A stretch of DNA of 64,000 bases from Squalus acanthias (GCA_030390025.1 CM059431.1:137456001-137520000), one strand, 5' to 3'; positions 24,569-38,247 are shown, counted from the stretch's first letter. A program made the numbers and translations. The notes: generated by a model from the sequence alone, not told the origin.

Positions 24569-24655
24569 TCCAGTTCCTGTATTTTACAGTCCGGGTTCCT
24601 TAGAGCCGCAGACAGTAGTTTCACTCCTGAATCTCCCAGATTATTTTTCTGCAGG
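24569..24655 (-). CDS. NLR coding exon 6 (87 nt LRR)
   Basis: [28 protein letters not shown]; tttag acceptor, GTAAGT donor. Confidence 0.9.
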
Positions 24656-24798
24656 CTAAACATAGGCAGAGAGTGAGAAACACATTGCGTCATAACCCGG
24701 ATGGGATTCAAATGTTGTCGCTCCCATATCACAGGAAACATGGAAGCAACATCAAGAAATCAATGCAGAGATTTTACTGTCTCAAAATTAAACCTCAG

Positions 24799-25043
24799 TG
24801 GGGGTAATTTAAGCTTTTGTTGATACTGTATAACGGACTGTATAATTGGATCGAACTCCCATTATATGCCTTGCCCGGTTTTCCTTTCGGTTGAAGTCAA
24901 TGAAAGAGATATTCGTGAGCAGTGTAAACTGTCTGCCAATTCACCAGTGCTGCTTTCGCACTATTGGCAGAGACCAATTTCACTCCTCTGAGCATTTATA
25001 TATTGTGAAACGGCACTACCTGCTGCTGTAAAATCCACCCCCC
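24799..25043. mobile_element. Short MITE-like element
   Basis: GGGGGTAATTT...AAAATCCACCCCCC termini with a central 'ttgaagtcaatg', related to 24262-24427. Confidence 0.4.
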
Positions 25044-25914
25044 AGGATTCTATGCAACGAGGAGAGTTTATTCTGTCCCGTTACAAGTTTTAAATGTCCC
25101 TGTGCTCCTCGTGTAGAGGGGAGGGGAGTCTCTCACTTTATCCCCATTAAGCTGGCTCTACATTGTTTTCAGGTGCGAGTATTGCTGTACTTTGTGCAAT
25201 GTCTATGCTCCTGGCGGTTCCTCGCACACAGGGGGCAGATTACCGAAAATCCCATGTTCATTACCCGTGATTTTACTGGAAACCGTTCACTATGTGCGAA
25301 AACCTGCTGTGCGAAATTCCTCCCGGTTGTCCTGCGGGTGTCGGTATCCTGGGATATAACCGGACAATGGGGGAGCTTTGAAGTTTTAAACCAACGACAG
25401 CTTTCCTTATTTAATGAACAGGATTGGGAACAATTTTAAATGATTAGAACTGCAATAGTCCCTTGTTTTACCCTCCTCGCCACAAGTCATTTGATTATAG
25501 ATCATAATATATTAGACATAATTTCCCTCCTGATTTGTCTACACTTTACAATTGATATACTAAGCTATTTTACAATTTTAATTATTTTTATTTGCTCTGG
25601 TGTTGAACATGTTCACCATATCTATTTTCTGCTGTCCATTGTTAATCCCTATACCGGTATTTCCCATCATAATTTGCTGATCAAACTCTTTCATTCGCCG
25701 GTAAGTATTGAAACATCACTAATTGTTAGCAAAGGCTCCATTCTCATTTTCCGCCTTGGAATTTTACCCTCGTCCTGTTGTTTCTTTGTAACGTTTTTAC
25801 AACTCTGCCTCTCTTTGGTTGAACTGGAAGATGTTCCTTTATAACGAAACATTAACGTAGTCAATGGCTGTTCAACAATGGAAATAACAGCGGCAGAAAC
25901 AAATAAACATTTAC

Positions 25915-27689
25915 CTCAACACCCGCCATCTGTGCAGTACGGGGCCCAGCCGCTGCAGTCCTTCACACCGAATGTAGCAGTTCTGTAGATCGAGTTCTTT
26001 TATTGTATCAGAGAGTCCAATGACATGAGACAGGACCGCACAGTCAATCGGGGTCAATGTCAATCCACTAAATGTAAGTTTTTCCACAGATCCCACTGTG
26101 GCCCGAACCAGTGCTGTATTCTGAGACTCAAACAGGTAGTGGAATGTGTTCAGGAGGTTCCTTTTACCAGTTTCACTCTCTGTGTTTCCAATCTCTCCTT
26201 CAACCTTCTCCTTCACCCAGTCAATCACTCGGCAGGTGGTTCGATAAAGAAATGGACCCAGAAACTCCTCCAGGGGCCGAGCTGACTGTGGGGAGGAGAG
26301 ACCCGCAACAAAACGGAGAAATATCTCAAATCGCCCATCTTCCTTGCTGTGGGATTCTCTGAGGAGTTTCAGGATGTCCCCTGGGATCTGGAGTCAGGAA
26401 TTGTGCAAGTGCGGCTACAAACTCTTGGATGGTGAGGTGCGGGAATGTGTACACCACGCTCTGGGCAGAATCATCTCTCTCCAAAAGTTCCATCATGAAC
26501 CCAGACAGGAACTGGGAAGGTTGTAGATTGTACTTGATCAAATCTCCATTTCTAAACACAATCTTCTTCTCGGAGACTCCTGTGAAGGCCATCTTACCAA
26601 TCTTCAGTAACACATCACGGGGGCTTTCAATCTCTCGGCCATGGTTTTTCAGAATGTTGTAAATATAGTAGGAATATAGTTGGGTGATGGTCTTGGGAAC
26701 TCGCTGCTGATTCCTGTCTCTTTGTGTAAAGAAGGGACCCAGTGAGAGGCCGAGGATCCAGCAGTAGGAAGGGTTGTAGCACATGGTGTACAGGATCTCG
26801 TTCTCCTCCACGTGTTTGAAAACAGCTGCTGCCACCGTCTGATCTTCAAAAAACTTGTTGAAATATTCCTTCCGTTCTTCACCAATAAATCCCAGGATTT
26901 CAGCCCAGACACTGATCTCAGCCTTTTCCAATAAATGTAATGCAGTGGGGCGGCTGGTCACTAGCACTGAACATCCTGGGAGCAGCTTGTGCTGTATTGA
27001 ACTGTACACAATGTCAGACACTTCACACCAGCATTCGGGATCTGTGCACATGGACTGAGGTTCTGTATTTCTCCGATTGTCAGCAAAATCGATCTTGTCG
27101 TTGAATTCATCCAAACCATCGAATATAAACAGCAATGCCCCTGGGTTCTTCCAGAGCTCTCCCAGAATATTCCCAAAGTAAGGATACTGATCCAGTATCA
27201 GATTCCTCAGGTTTATTCCACAGTTAATAGTGTTCAAATCCCGGAATTTAAAGCTGAAAACAAATTGAAAGTGTGGGTATATTTTCCCAGTGGCCCAGTC
27301 ATGAACAATCTTTTGTACCATTGTTGTTTTTCCAATCCCCGGAACTCCGCTCACTGCTGCTGAACTCCCAGACTTGGATCGCCAGAAGAAACTCTGAATT
27401 TTCTGGAATAAACTTCCTCTCTGGGAAAAACAGCTCTGGAACAATTGATCATTTCGGATTTTTTCCAGCTCTCTCCGGAGATGTTTCTCTCTCCACTCTT
27501 CATGGTCTCGGCCTCTTGCCAGCAGTTCATGTTCTACAAGTGTCCGATCTCGAACAGTAGAAATGACCGTTAGCTCAGCGTATCGATCAACCAGCTGGAA
27601 AATCTTAACCTTCTCCTTTATTAGGATAGTGTTCACTCTCAGTGTTTCAGTTTGTACCCGGAGTGTTTCCTTGTGTTTCTGTTGAAGAT
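25915..27689 (-). CDS. NLR coding exon 5: NACHT/HD1/WHD/HD2 plus first LRR, with +1 frameshift
   Basis: Walker A GVPGIGKT, Walker B LLFIFDGLDE, sensor-1 VLVTSR, WHD FPHLTIQEFVAA. Removing one base at 26383-26385 restores DPGDILKLL...DGRFEIFLRFVAGL...IDWVKEK. tgcag acceptor, GTAAAT donor. Confidence 0.95.
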
Positions 27690-28095
27690 CTGCAATTAGA
27701 ACAGACAGAAAGTGGTTTCAATGTTAGTTACATTGTCAAAGAAAGCTCCGATATACTGCTCTGCTTTTCAGTAAAATGTCACACGAATTATTTCGAAATT
27801 TTAATGGTAGACAGTTAGAAAACCAAAACAGTTCATGTGAATCTTGGTTAACAGGAAATTTCTGAGCCAAGTTTCAAATCTACATGGGACACTAATATTT
27901 AATTAACATGGCGAGCTGGGTGAAGGTGAAATGTTCCTTCTCATGGTGAATACTATCTGTCGCACAATGTACTGCAGACATCTCATTACAAATCCACAGG
28001 TGATTCTGGTTATCTGGCGGTAGTGGTTATAATGGATAAATGATTGAACCCCTCACCCAGCAGAGCTGAGCTTTTGTACAAATAGCAAATCGGGA

Positions 28096-29368
28096 ATTGG
28101 GCAGCACTGAGAGAGGGACAGACTCACAATGTACTGATTGGGCAGCACTGAGAGAGGGACAGGCTCACAATGTACTGATTGACCAGCACTGAGAGAGGGA
28201 CAGACTCACAATGTACTGATTGGGCAGCACTGAGAGGGGGACAGGCTCACAATGTACTGATTGGGCAGCACTGAGAGAGGGACAGGCTCACAATGTACTG
28301 ATTGGGCAGCACTGAGAGAGGGACAGGCTCACAATGTACTGATTGGGCAGCCCTGAGAGAGGGACAGGCTCACAATGTACTGATTAGGCAGCACTGAGAG
28401 GGGGACAGGCTCACAATGTACTGATTGACCAGCACTGAGAGAGGGACAGACTCACAATGTACTGATTGGGCAGCACTGAGAGAGGGACAGACTCACAATG
28501 TACTGATTGGGCAGCACTGAGAGGGGGACAGACTCACAATGTACTGATTGGGTAGCACTGAGAGGGGGACAGGCTCACAATGTACTGATTGGGCAGCACT
28601 GAGAGAGGGACAGACTCACAATGTACTGATTGGGCAGCACTGAGAGAGGGACAGGCTCACAATGTACTGATTGACCAGCACTGAGAGAGGGACAGACTCA
28701 CAATGTACTGATTAGGCAGCACTGAGAGGGGGACAGGCTCACAATGTACTGATTGACCAGCACTGAGAGAGGGACAGACTCACAATGTACTGATTGGGCA
28801 GCACTGAGAGAGGGACAGACTCACAATGTACTGATTGGGCAGCACTGAGAGGGGGACAGACTCACAATGTACTGATTGGGTAGCACTGAGAGGGGGACAG
28901 GCTCACAATGTACTGATTGGGCAGCACTGAGAGAGGGACAGACTCACAATGTGCTGATTGGGTAGCACTGAGAGGGGGACAGGCTCACAATGTACTGATT
29001 GGGCAGCACTGAGAGAGGGACAGGCTCACAATGTACTGATTGGACAGCACTGAGAGGGGGACAGGCTCACAATGTACTGATAGGGCAGCACTGAGAGAGG
29101 GACAGACTCACAATGTACTGATTGGGCAGCACTGAGAGAGGGACAGGCTCGCAATGTACTGATTGGGCAGCACTGAGAGAGGGACAGGCTCACAATGTAC
29201 TGATTGGACAGCACTGAGAGGGGGACAGGCTCACAATGTACTGATAGGGCAGCACTGAGAGAGGGACAGACTCACAATGTACTGATTGGGCAGCACTGAG
29301 AGAGGGACAGGCTCGCAATGTACTGATTGGGCAACACTGAGAGACGGACAGACTCACAATGTACTGAT
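28096..29368. repeat. Intronic minisatellite, 41-bp unit gattgggcagcactgagagagggacagRctcacaatgtact, about 31 units
   Basis: Directly visible tandem array. Confidence 0.97.
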
Positions 29369-29467
29369 GTTCCCCAATTATTTGATCAGCTCTTGGGAAA
29401 TTCTATACATTTCCAGTTAACATGTCACAGGGAAATGTTAATATTGTGAACGTAAATAGGGGGATTA

Positions 29468-30570
29468 ACAACAACTTGAATTGACATAGCCCCTGTAACT
29501 TAGTACAAACGTCCTAAGAGGCTTAGCAGGAGCGTAATCAGTTAAAATGAAACAGCGAGCCAAATTAAGAGATATTAGAACGGGTGACCAAAAGCCTGGT
29601 CAAAGAGGTAGAATTTACGAGTGAACAGGCGATAAGTAGAGGCGGATAGGGTTGGAGAGGGAATTCCAGAGTTCAGGTCGAGGCTGCTGAGAACACAGCC
29701 ACCAAATCTGGAGAGGTGAAAATCAGGGATGCACAAAGTTCAAAATTGAGGAGTGCAGAGATCTCGGAGGGTTGTAGGCCTGGAGCAGATTGCAGAGATA
29801 GGGATGGGTGAGGTTATGGAGGGATTGAAAACAAGGATGATAATTTCAAAATTTGCCAGACTGGGAGCCGGTGTAGGTCAGCGAGCACATGGGTGATGGG
29901 TGAACGGGACCCGGTGCGAGTTCCGATAGGCACAGCAGAGTTCTGGATAAGCTCAAATTTACAGAGGATGGAACGTTGGTGGTTGGCAAGCCTTAGCGTG
30001 TTGGAATAATTGAGACTGGAGATAACAAAGGCATAGATGAGGATTTCAGCATTAGATGGGCTGAGGCCGGGGCGCAGACAGTAAATGTTACGGAGGTGGA
30101 AGTAGGTGGTGTTGTTGATGGAGAGGATATGGGAGCGAACGGTCAGCTCAGGATCTAATAGGATGCATTGGTTGCAAACAGTCTGGTTCAGCCTCACACA
30201 GTTGCCAGGAGAGGGATGGAGTCCGTGGCTAGGGAATGGAGTTTGTGGCCGTGACCAAAGATAATGGCATTGGTCTGCCCAATATTTAATAGGAGGAAGT
30301 GTTTGCTCAGCCGATACTGGATGTCGGACAAGCTGAGTGACGCGTCAGAGACAGAGCAGGGCCTGAGAGAGATGGTGGAGCGGTAGAGCTGGTCTCTTCA
30401 GTGGAATCTGACATTGTGTTTTCGGATGATGTCACCAAGGGGCAGAATTTAGATCATAAACAGGAGGGGATCAAGGATAGATCCTTGGGGGATACCAGAG
30501 GTGTCAGTGCGAGAGCGGGTAGAGAAGACAGTGCAGGAGATTCGATTCTCTTGCTATGATTGGATGAATC
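29468..30570 (-). mobile_element. Decayed L2-clade LINE 3' region
   Basis: YFHLRNI...AEILIYAFVISSLNYSN...LIQNSA...ITHVLADLHRLPV peptides. Confidence 0.8.
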
Positions 30571-30574
30571 CTAG

Positions 30575-33500
30575 TCGTAGAGTCATAACGGCACAGTAGG
30601 AGGCCATTCGGCCCATCGAATCCGTGCCGGCTCTCTGCAGAGCAATCGAGTCAGTCCCATTCCCCCGCTCTATCCCCGTAGCCCTGCAAGTTTATTTCCA
30701 CCAAGTGCCTATCCAGTCTCCCTTTAAAAACATTGAGTGTATCTGCTTCTACCACTTCCGTCGGCAGCGAGTTCCAAGTCCTCACCACTCGCTGCGTAAA
30801 AACGTTTTTCCTCACATCCCCCCTGTATCTCTTGCCCAAAACCTTAAATCTGTGTCCCCTAATCCTTGTACCATCAACTAGTGGGAACAGCCTTTCCCCG
30901 TCTAGCCTATCGAAACCCGTCATAATCTTGTACACCTCTATCAAATCACCCCTCAACCTCCTTTGCTCTAATGAAAACAAATCCAGCTTCTCCAACCTGT
31001 CCTTGTAACTAAGATCCCCCCATCCCCATAACCATTCTGGTAAATCTCCTCTGCACCCTCTCAAGGGCCTTCACATCCTTCCTAAAGTGTGGTGACCAGA
31101 ACTGGACGCAATACTCCAGTTGTGGCCTAACCAGTGCTTTATAAAGGTTCAGCATAACTTCTCTACTTTTGTACTCAATACCTCTATTTATGAAGCCCAA
31201 GATCCCATATGCTTTGCTAACCACTCTCTCAATTTGTCCTTCCACCTTCACGGACCTATGCACATCAGCTCCCAGAGCCCTCTGTCCCTGCACACTCTTT
31301 AAAACTGTGCCATCATGTGTATATTGCCTCTCCCTTTCCTTATGCCAAAATGCATCACCTCACACTTCTCTGTTTTAAATTCCATCTGCCACTTGTCTGC
31401 CCAGTCTGCTAGCCTTTCTATCTCCTGTTGCCGTCAACTGGTATCATCCTCACAGTTTCCCACACCCCCAAGTTTGGTGTCATCAGCAAATTTAGAAATT
31501 CTACGGCTACCATCCTCCAGTCTGAAAAACTGCCATTTACCACAACTCGCTGTTTTCTGTTCTTGAGCCAATTCCTTATCCAAGCTGTCACTGACTCACC
31601 TATTCCATGAGCCTCAATTTTGTTAACCAGCCTTCTATGTGGTACTTTGTCAAACGCCTTCCTAAAATCAATGTAGACAACATCCATTGCATTCCTTTCA
31701 CCAATCCTCCCTGTTACTTCATCAAATATTCATCAAATAATTCAATTAGATTAGTCAAGCACGATCTGCATTTTACAAATCCGTGTTGGCTCTCCTTAAT
31801 TAGCATAAACCTCTCCAAGTGCCCGTTATTTTTTTCCTTGATTATTGTTTCTAAAACTTTACCCACCACTGATGTTAAACTGACGGGTCTGTAGTTACTA
31901 GGATTGTCCTTACACCTTTCTTGAAATATGGTGTCACATTTGCCACTTTCCAATCCTCAGGCACCTCCCCCGCATCTAGGGAAGATTGGAAAATTATGGC
32001 AAGCACTTCCGCTATCTCCTCCCCCAATTCCCTTAGCAACCTGGGATGCAAACCACCTGGACCAAGCGACGTATCCACTCTAAGCATACCCAGCCGTTCT
32101 ACTACATCCTGTCTATCAATTTTCACCCCTTCCATTACTTCTAACTTTTCCACTGCTACCGATATTTTGTCAGCATCCACCTCCTTAGTAAACACCGATA
32201 CACAGTACTCTGAGTATTCTAGGCTTGCCCTGCGCCTCTAAGCATATATCACCTTCTTAGTCACTAATAGGCCCCACCCGGCCTCTTACTACCCACTTAT
32301 TGTTTACATGACTGTAGAAGATTTTTGGGTTCCCTTTTATGTTAACCGCCATTCCACTTTCATATTCTCTCTTTGCCAATCTTATTTTCATCTTCACCTC
32401 CCCTCTCAACTTATTGTATTTGGTCTGGTTCTACTTGAAGAATTCTACTGACATGCGCCATACATTCTCTATTTTGGTTTCTTCATCTTCTCTATCTCCC
32501 TCGACACCCTTGCTTTGTTTCCCTTATCCTTCCCTCTTGTTGGAATGTACCTAGCCTGTACTTGGAACATCTCCTCCTTAAAGATCACCCATTGCTCCGT
32601 TACAGTTTTTCCTGTCACTCTTTGATTCCATTTTACTCTAGCTAGATCCTTTCACATCCCATTGAAGTTAGCCCTATTCCAGTTTAGAAGTTCCACTCTA
32701 GATTGTTCCTTGCTCCTCTCCATTGCTAATCTAAAACATATGATACGATGATCACTCGTACCCAAGTGTTCTCCCACAGACACTTGGTCGACCTGGCCCA
32801 CCTCATTCCCCAGCACCAGATCCAGCAATGCCTCCTTCCTAGTTGGGCCAAAAACATACTGGTCAAGGAATTTCTCATGAAAACATTTCAGAAATTCCTC
32901 CCCCTCCATTCCCTTTACCCCAGCATTATCCCAATCGATATTTGGGTAATTAAAGTCACCCAATATCACCGCTCAATAGCTCTTGCATATCTCTGCGATT
33001 TTCTGCAGATATTCTCCTCTACCTCCCTCTCACTATTTGGAGGCCTATAGAATACCCCCAATAGCGTGATCATACCCTTTTTGCTCAACTCTAACCAAAT
33101 GGATTCTGTCCTTGTCCCCTCAAGAACATCCTCCCTTTCCAACACTACAATGTCTTCCTTAATCAGCACTGCCACCCTTTTTTCCGTCCCTATCTTTTAT
33201 GTACCCTTGAATATTAAGTGCCCAGTCCTCACCATTTTTATGCCATGTTTCCGTTATTGGTGCAACATCATATTGCCAGATGGCTAATTGTGCTTGTAGC
33301 TCACCAACCTTATTCATCACACTTTGTGCGGTTACGTACATGCATTCTAAACCCATTTTTAAATTTTTCGTAGTCTTTCTTGGTCTGCTCCTATCTAATA
33401 TGGTTTTACTTCCGCCTCCAGTACTACTTTCTTCACTAGTACTATGCAACACACTCACTCTTTCATGCACATTATTCCTCTTTTCTACTCCTATATGCTG

Positions 33501-33925
33501 GTGCCCATGAAATTTAACCCGCCCAGCTTGTACAGGTCCCATCTTCCCCAGAAACGGTCCCAATGCCTCAGGAATCTAAAGCCCTCCCTCCTGCACCATC
33601 TCTCCAGCCACGCATTCATCTGTTCTATCCTCCTATTCCTGTACTCACTAGCCTGTGACACCGGGAGTACTACCTTTGAGGTCCCGCATTTAATCTCTCT
33701 CCTAGTTCCCTAAACTCTGCCTGCAGGACCTCATCCCTCTTTCTGCCTATGTCGTTGTTACCGATATGGACAACGACCTGTGGCTGTTCACCCTCCCCCC
33801 TCAGAGTGTCCTGCAGCCGCTCAGTGACATCCTTGATGCTGGCACCAGGGGGCAACATACCATCCTGGATTCACGTCTACGGCCGCAGAAACGCCTGTCT
33901 GCTCCCCTAACTATCGAATCCCCTG
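30575..33925 (-). mobile_element. Near-complete decayed CR1 LINE (ORF1 esterase part, APE endonuclease, RT, 3' tail)
   Basis: GDSIVRG...PGA...VVVHIGNNDIG (SGNH esterase), ITETW, YRPPN, GDFNYP, SDH, DFRKAFDKVPH, RLRGDLIEVYK; many stops and frameshifts. Confidence 0.92.
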
Positions 33926-36900
33926 ATGGACATATACCAGGAAATGCTCGGTGCACTGGGCAGCCTGCCAGTGAGCTCCAACTTGTGTCACGGCTTTGCG
34001 CAGGCATGGAACCCACTCTGTGCAATATGGGCCAAGTGATCAGCTCCATCAGCACACCAGTTATTGCCACACAGCCACCTGGGCCCACGTCAAGATGCCA
34101 CAGTCTGCAGCCGGCCATTCTAGGCACAGAGCTGCTCGAGGTCACTCATTACAGCCATCTGAAGTGTCCACAATGGTCATTCAGCAGCGCTCCAGCTCAC
34201 AAGCTGTAGCCACTGGGGAAATGCCTCAAAGGAGCTGCAGGATAGGGAAACCAGCACACAATACAGAGACAAAGGCCGCGATTTCCCCTCCCGAGGCGGG
34301 CTAAGTGCGACCGAGGTAGGTGCCGGACGGCGACCACGTTCCCGGCTCCATCCCGCCGTGAGAGAAGAATTTTCCGTTGACAGGGATTGTTAAGCCCCGC
34401 CCTACGAGGTTTCAGGGCAACAAAGCGGAAGCAGGTCTGATGACGTCATTTGGTGACGTGTCATCAGCCGGATTCTGTAAAGGGCCCATGTCCAAATTGA
34501 ATTCGGCATTTATGCTGTCAGTGTTCTGCAGTATTGATGTGCTTCAAACACTGACAACCTCTGCACAGAGGAGCACGGCTGCACCCAGGATCTCCCATCA
34601 CTCCCTCCATATGCTTATGGATGGAGTCACAGCACGCAGGGAGGTCTCTTCTCTTGCAATGGATGGAAGACTCCTCCCCAGGACACCAATGCAGCCTGGT
34701 TGCACACTGCATAGGAGGGCACAAGCAGGGATGTCGTCAGGAGGACCAGTCTGCAGTGGCACAAACCTTTCAATGTTCTCAGTAGATCACGAAAAGTTAC
34801 TGCAACGCCACCCTCAATCTCATCCTGCTGTGCCACTCATCACATCCCCAACCATCTGCCTTCCCTATCCTACTCCTGCTAATCCTTACTCACAACAACT
34901 TAGCTTGCACCTCCACCCATCCCTCTCTATCTACACTATCTACAGCTCACTAGCCACCCCTCACACTCACCCTCAACCTACTGCAAGCATACCAAATAAG
35001 AACACACAAGGGTAGGCACTTGGGTGCTTTAGCCAATATTCATGTGAAGTCTGTGTTGATGTGCTGTGAAACATTGAAATCTTTATTTTCAACACATTGC
35101 ATTCTTGGACAGAATTGTGTGCACTTTTGGAATTGGCTTAGTGAGTTGCAGTGAATGGTGAGATCCAACGGTATCCCCCACAATGCTGATGAGCGTGAAT
35201 GGAATGGCTTGGGCATTGTCGAGACGTTTAATAGTGCTGGTGTGTGGTATTGCCAACCTGGCGCATCGTGTGGTAGCCATGGTGTACAGTGTTAAGTGTA
35301 GTAAATCTGGCCATGGTGAGTCCATCCCTGGCAGCAATGTACTCGGGTACTGATGCTCTGTGTCCTGTGCAGCATCAGGTTATTGCGGAGCAGGTTGATG
35401 CTGTTGTTGGTGATGCTGGTGTGCCTGGTGCTGCTGATCGTGGTGGGATTCTGAAGACCAAGGTGAGATTTTTTCAAGGGTACCGATGCTGCTGAAATAG
35501 ATGGCAGCTGAAGTTGAGATGACAGAAGCGATCTGTTAATGGTGAGAGAGGTTGCTCCAAGGAGGTGACAGTGGATAGAGAGTTTACTCCAAAAACTTCC
35601 TAACTGCATAAAGCGCAAAAGTGGGTTCCAAATCATGAAGGCTCCAGCTTCTAATTTTGGGAAATGAACAGCTGTGAAATGGTAGGTTTTAGACCACTTT
35701 GGCATCTGTCACCTAGTCAGCAATGGAGAGTCATTGAGAACACGACATACTTACCTGACGTGATACCCGCTCTCCGGGAACCTCGTTAAAACCTGGTCAA
35801 ATGGTAAGTACATGGGAAAATGATGCTTAACTACCTTTTAACAAGCTTTTAAGTATTTAAATTGGCTGACCCGCTGTTTGGTGTCAGGTCTGTTCAGGGA
35901 TGAAAGATCCGACATTTGGGAAACTCACAAGGAGGCGGGTTTACAGCGGGATACTGACCCGCTGTCAATCTTTGTGCTTTTGACTGTGGACCCGCCTCCA
36001 AACCCGCACTCTGAGCGCCGGCAAAATTCCGGCCAAAGATCTGGCATAAGGTTGATTCTTAATGATTTCTGTTAACTGTTACATTGAGATACACTTGCAT
36101 TGTTTGATGAAAGTGTTTATTGTTCTGAATTTGGTGTTGGTGTTGATCTTTGTACTGGAGTGAGGGCCGGTCCCATTGGCTGGACTGAAGGAAGGCCACA
36201 GGATGGTGGTAGTAGGCGCGGTGGTAAGGATTGTGGGACATTTGGTGTATTGGGAATGGGAGTGATGATTTAGAGGAAGCGCTCTTCGATGAACTGATCT
36301 CTGAGAGCTGACTCAGCTCGGGGGCACTGTGATCGACGCCTCTCCTCCTCCTTCCGCTCTTCGTGCTCCACTTATTTCTTGAGTACTTCTCGTTGCTCCT
36401 CATGATGGCAATGGTTTGCAAAATGCAGCAGACGACCACAAATCTGAACACTAGCTTAGGGAAGTGGTAGTGCTCGATTGTTTGGTCTGTGAGGTTTCTC
36501 ACGACGGCATGACTCTCATGGTAGGCCAGATCTGCAGCTGTGCTTGGGTCCCTGACAGTAATGAGCCCTGTCTAGAGGGACTAGTCCTTGTCGACAAGCA
36601 CCAGCCTGAAACTTGAGGGCCTGGCTTAAATAGAGGTTTCAGAGGACTGGCGCAGGATGAAAGAGTCATGACTGCTCCCAGGATAATGGGAACCGGTCCG
36701 TATGGCGTGCTGCCTGTGGTCACTAACCAACTATGCATTGAGGGAGTGAACTCCCTTACGATTGATCAACATGCCAGGTTGGGGATGGGGAGCACTCAAG
36801 GCAAGGTAGCGGCGATCTATGGTACCTTGCACCCTGGGAAAGCCTGTCATGTGGACGCAGCCTAGTGCTCTCTCATCCTACTTCGCTCTCTCCATATGGA

Positions 36901-37965
36901 AGAACATATAGGTGTTCATCCTGGTACAGAGCCTCAGTGAACTCCCTGATACAGCAGTGGACTGCTAACTCTGATAGATCACTGGTGTCACGTGCTGCAG
37001 CCTGAAAGGTGCCCATGGCTTTGAAGTTAAGGGACACGGTGACTTTGATGGCCACAGACAGCGATGCCCTTGCTGGACTTATGTCTGCAGCAGGTGACAT
37101 AGCTCGATGACTGCCCCCTTGGTGAAGTTAAGGCGCCTCAGTGACGCTACATAGAATTACCATTGAGTTTATAGCACTGAAACAGGCAATAGAGCCGAAT
37201 AGGTCTGTGCCGGTGTATCTGCTCCGCACGAGCCTCATCCCACCGTACCATCTCACCCTATCAGCATATCTATCTGTTCCTTTTCCCTCATGTACATATC
37301 CAGGTTCCCTTTAATGTCGGGGAAATGGCCCCGAATACTCGCTGTGGGCATGGCCTTCTGCGGAGTGCCTCTCCGGATCCCTCCTGTGTCAGCTGTTCTT
37401 GATCTCTGCTGGACTCCTCGCCGCTCTCTGCTCTATTCCCCGCTGCTCCCTCTCCTCCTTCAGTCCCAAAGGCAGTCCTAAGACACCACTCATGACTGCA
37501 GTCAAACTATCTATGAGTGAGTCAACATCAGTGCAAGATCAGCAGCATCTTGCTCTTTTTAGACAAAGCAAAATTTCCAGAATGATAAAACACAGCAAGA
37601 AACGCCCAGAAGTTAAGCAGCTGCCTGAACCGACAAGGCAATTACCAAACTGTAAGTTCCCCATGATTCCTTTCAATAGCGCTGGTGAGGGGTCCTTTCT
37701 GCCGGTTTGCGCCAGGTGTTGCTGGGCGGATTCAGCACGTGGTGTGAGATGGTGCAGCATACCCAAAGCGGGAAAGGGTCCAGCAGGAAGCACTGGACCC
37801 TCATTTACATAATATATTCACTCTTAAATTATACTGGCGTCAACTCCCGACAGCACAGCAATGCCCGATCCACAATTCAGGCTGGAAATGCGAGTGCGCT
37901 TCCTGCCCACAATATTGGCCGCAGGAGTTCGATAACCGGCAGTGCGCGACCGAATATCTAGGCCT
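33926..37965 (-). mobile_element. Decayed PIF/Harbinger transposon (outer); transposase remnants at about 36380-37140
   Basis: LSVAIKVTVSLNFKAMGTFQ...SELAVHCCIREFTEALY, GFPRVQGTID and FVVVCCILQTIA resemble HARBI1-type transposase motifs. Right terminus ...AATATCTAGGCC near 37964; left boundary uncertain. Confidence 0.65.
34274..36034 (+). mobile_element. Non-autonomous Harbinger element (inner) with Myb/SANT-like remnant
   Basis: TIRs GGCCGCGATTT / AAATTCCGGCC flanked by AAA on both sides. Peptide RSTAAPRISHHSLHMLMDGVTARREV near 34565-34650 resembles the Harbinger Myb-like protein N-terminus. Confidence 0.6.
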
Positions 37966-38247
37966 ATGGCTAAACACTGCACTCACTGGTACATCATCCA
38001 TTTGAGTCATTCAGGGAAGCCGCAATAAATTCATTTTCTCTGCTGATTAATCGGTGTATTAGACAGACTGACCACTGGGAGTTGGATGTTTTATCCTGGT
38101 CAGTGACGTCCACTGGCAGCAAAGGCCAGTCACATGACCAGCTGGATAAACCACTGGAGTAATGACAACATCTGCAAATTTAAAATAAAAACAGAAAATG
38201 ATGGAAATACTCAGCAGGTCGGACAGAATCTGTAGAGAGAGAAACAG

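Noticed and set aside
25173..25844. Hydrophobic plus-strand ORFs (88 and 134 aa)
   Set aside because: AT-rich intron sequence antisense to the NLR, with no recognisable domain.
28096..29368. CRISPR-like appearance of regular repeats (also the 26- and 30-bp arrays)
   Set aside because: Head-to-tail units with no unique spacers, no cas genes, vertebrate context.
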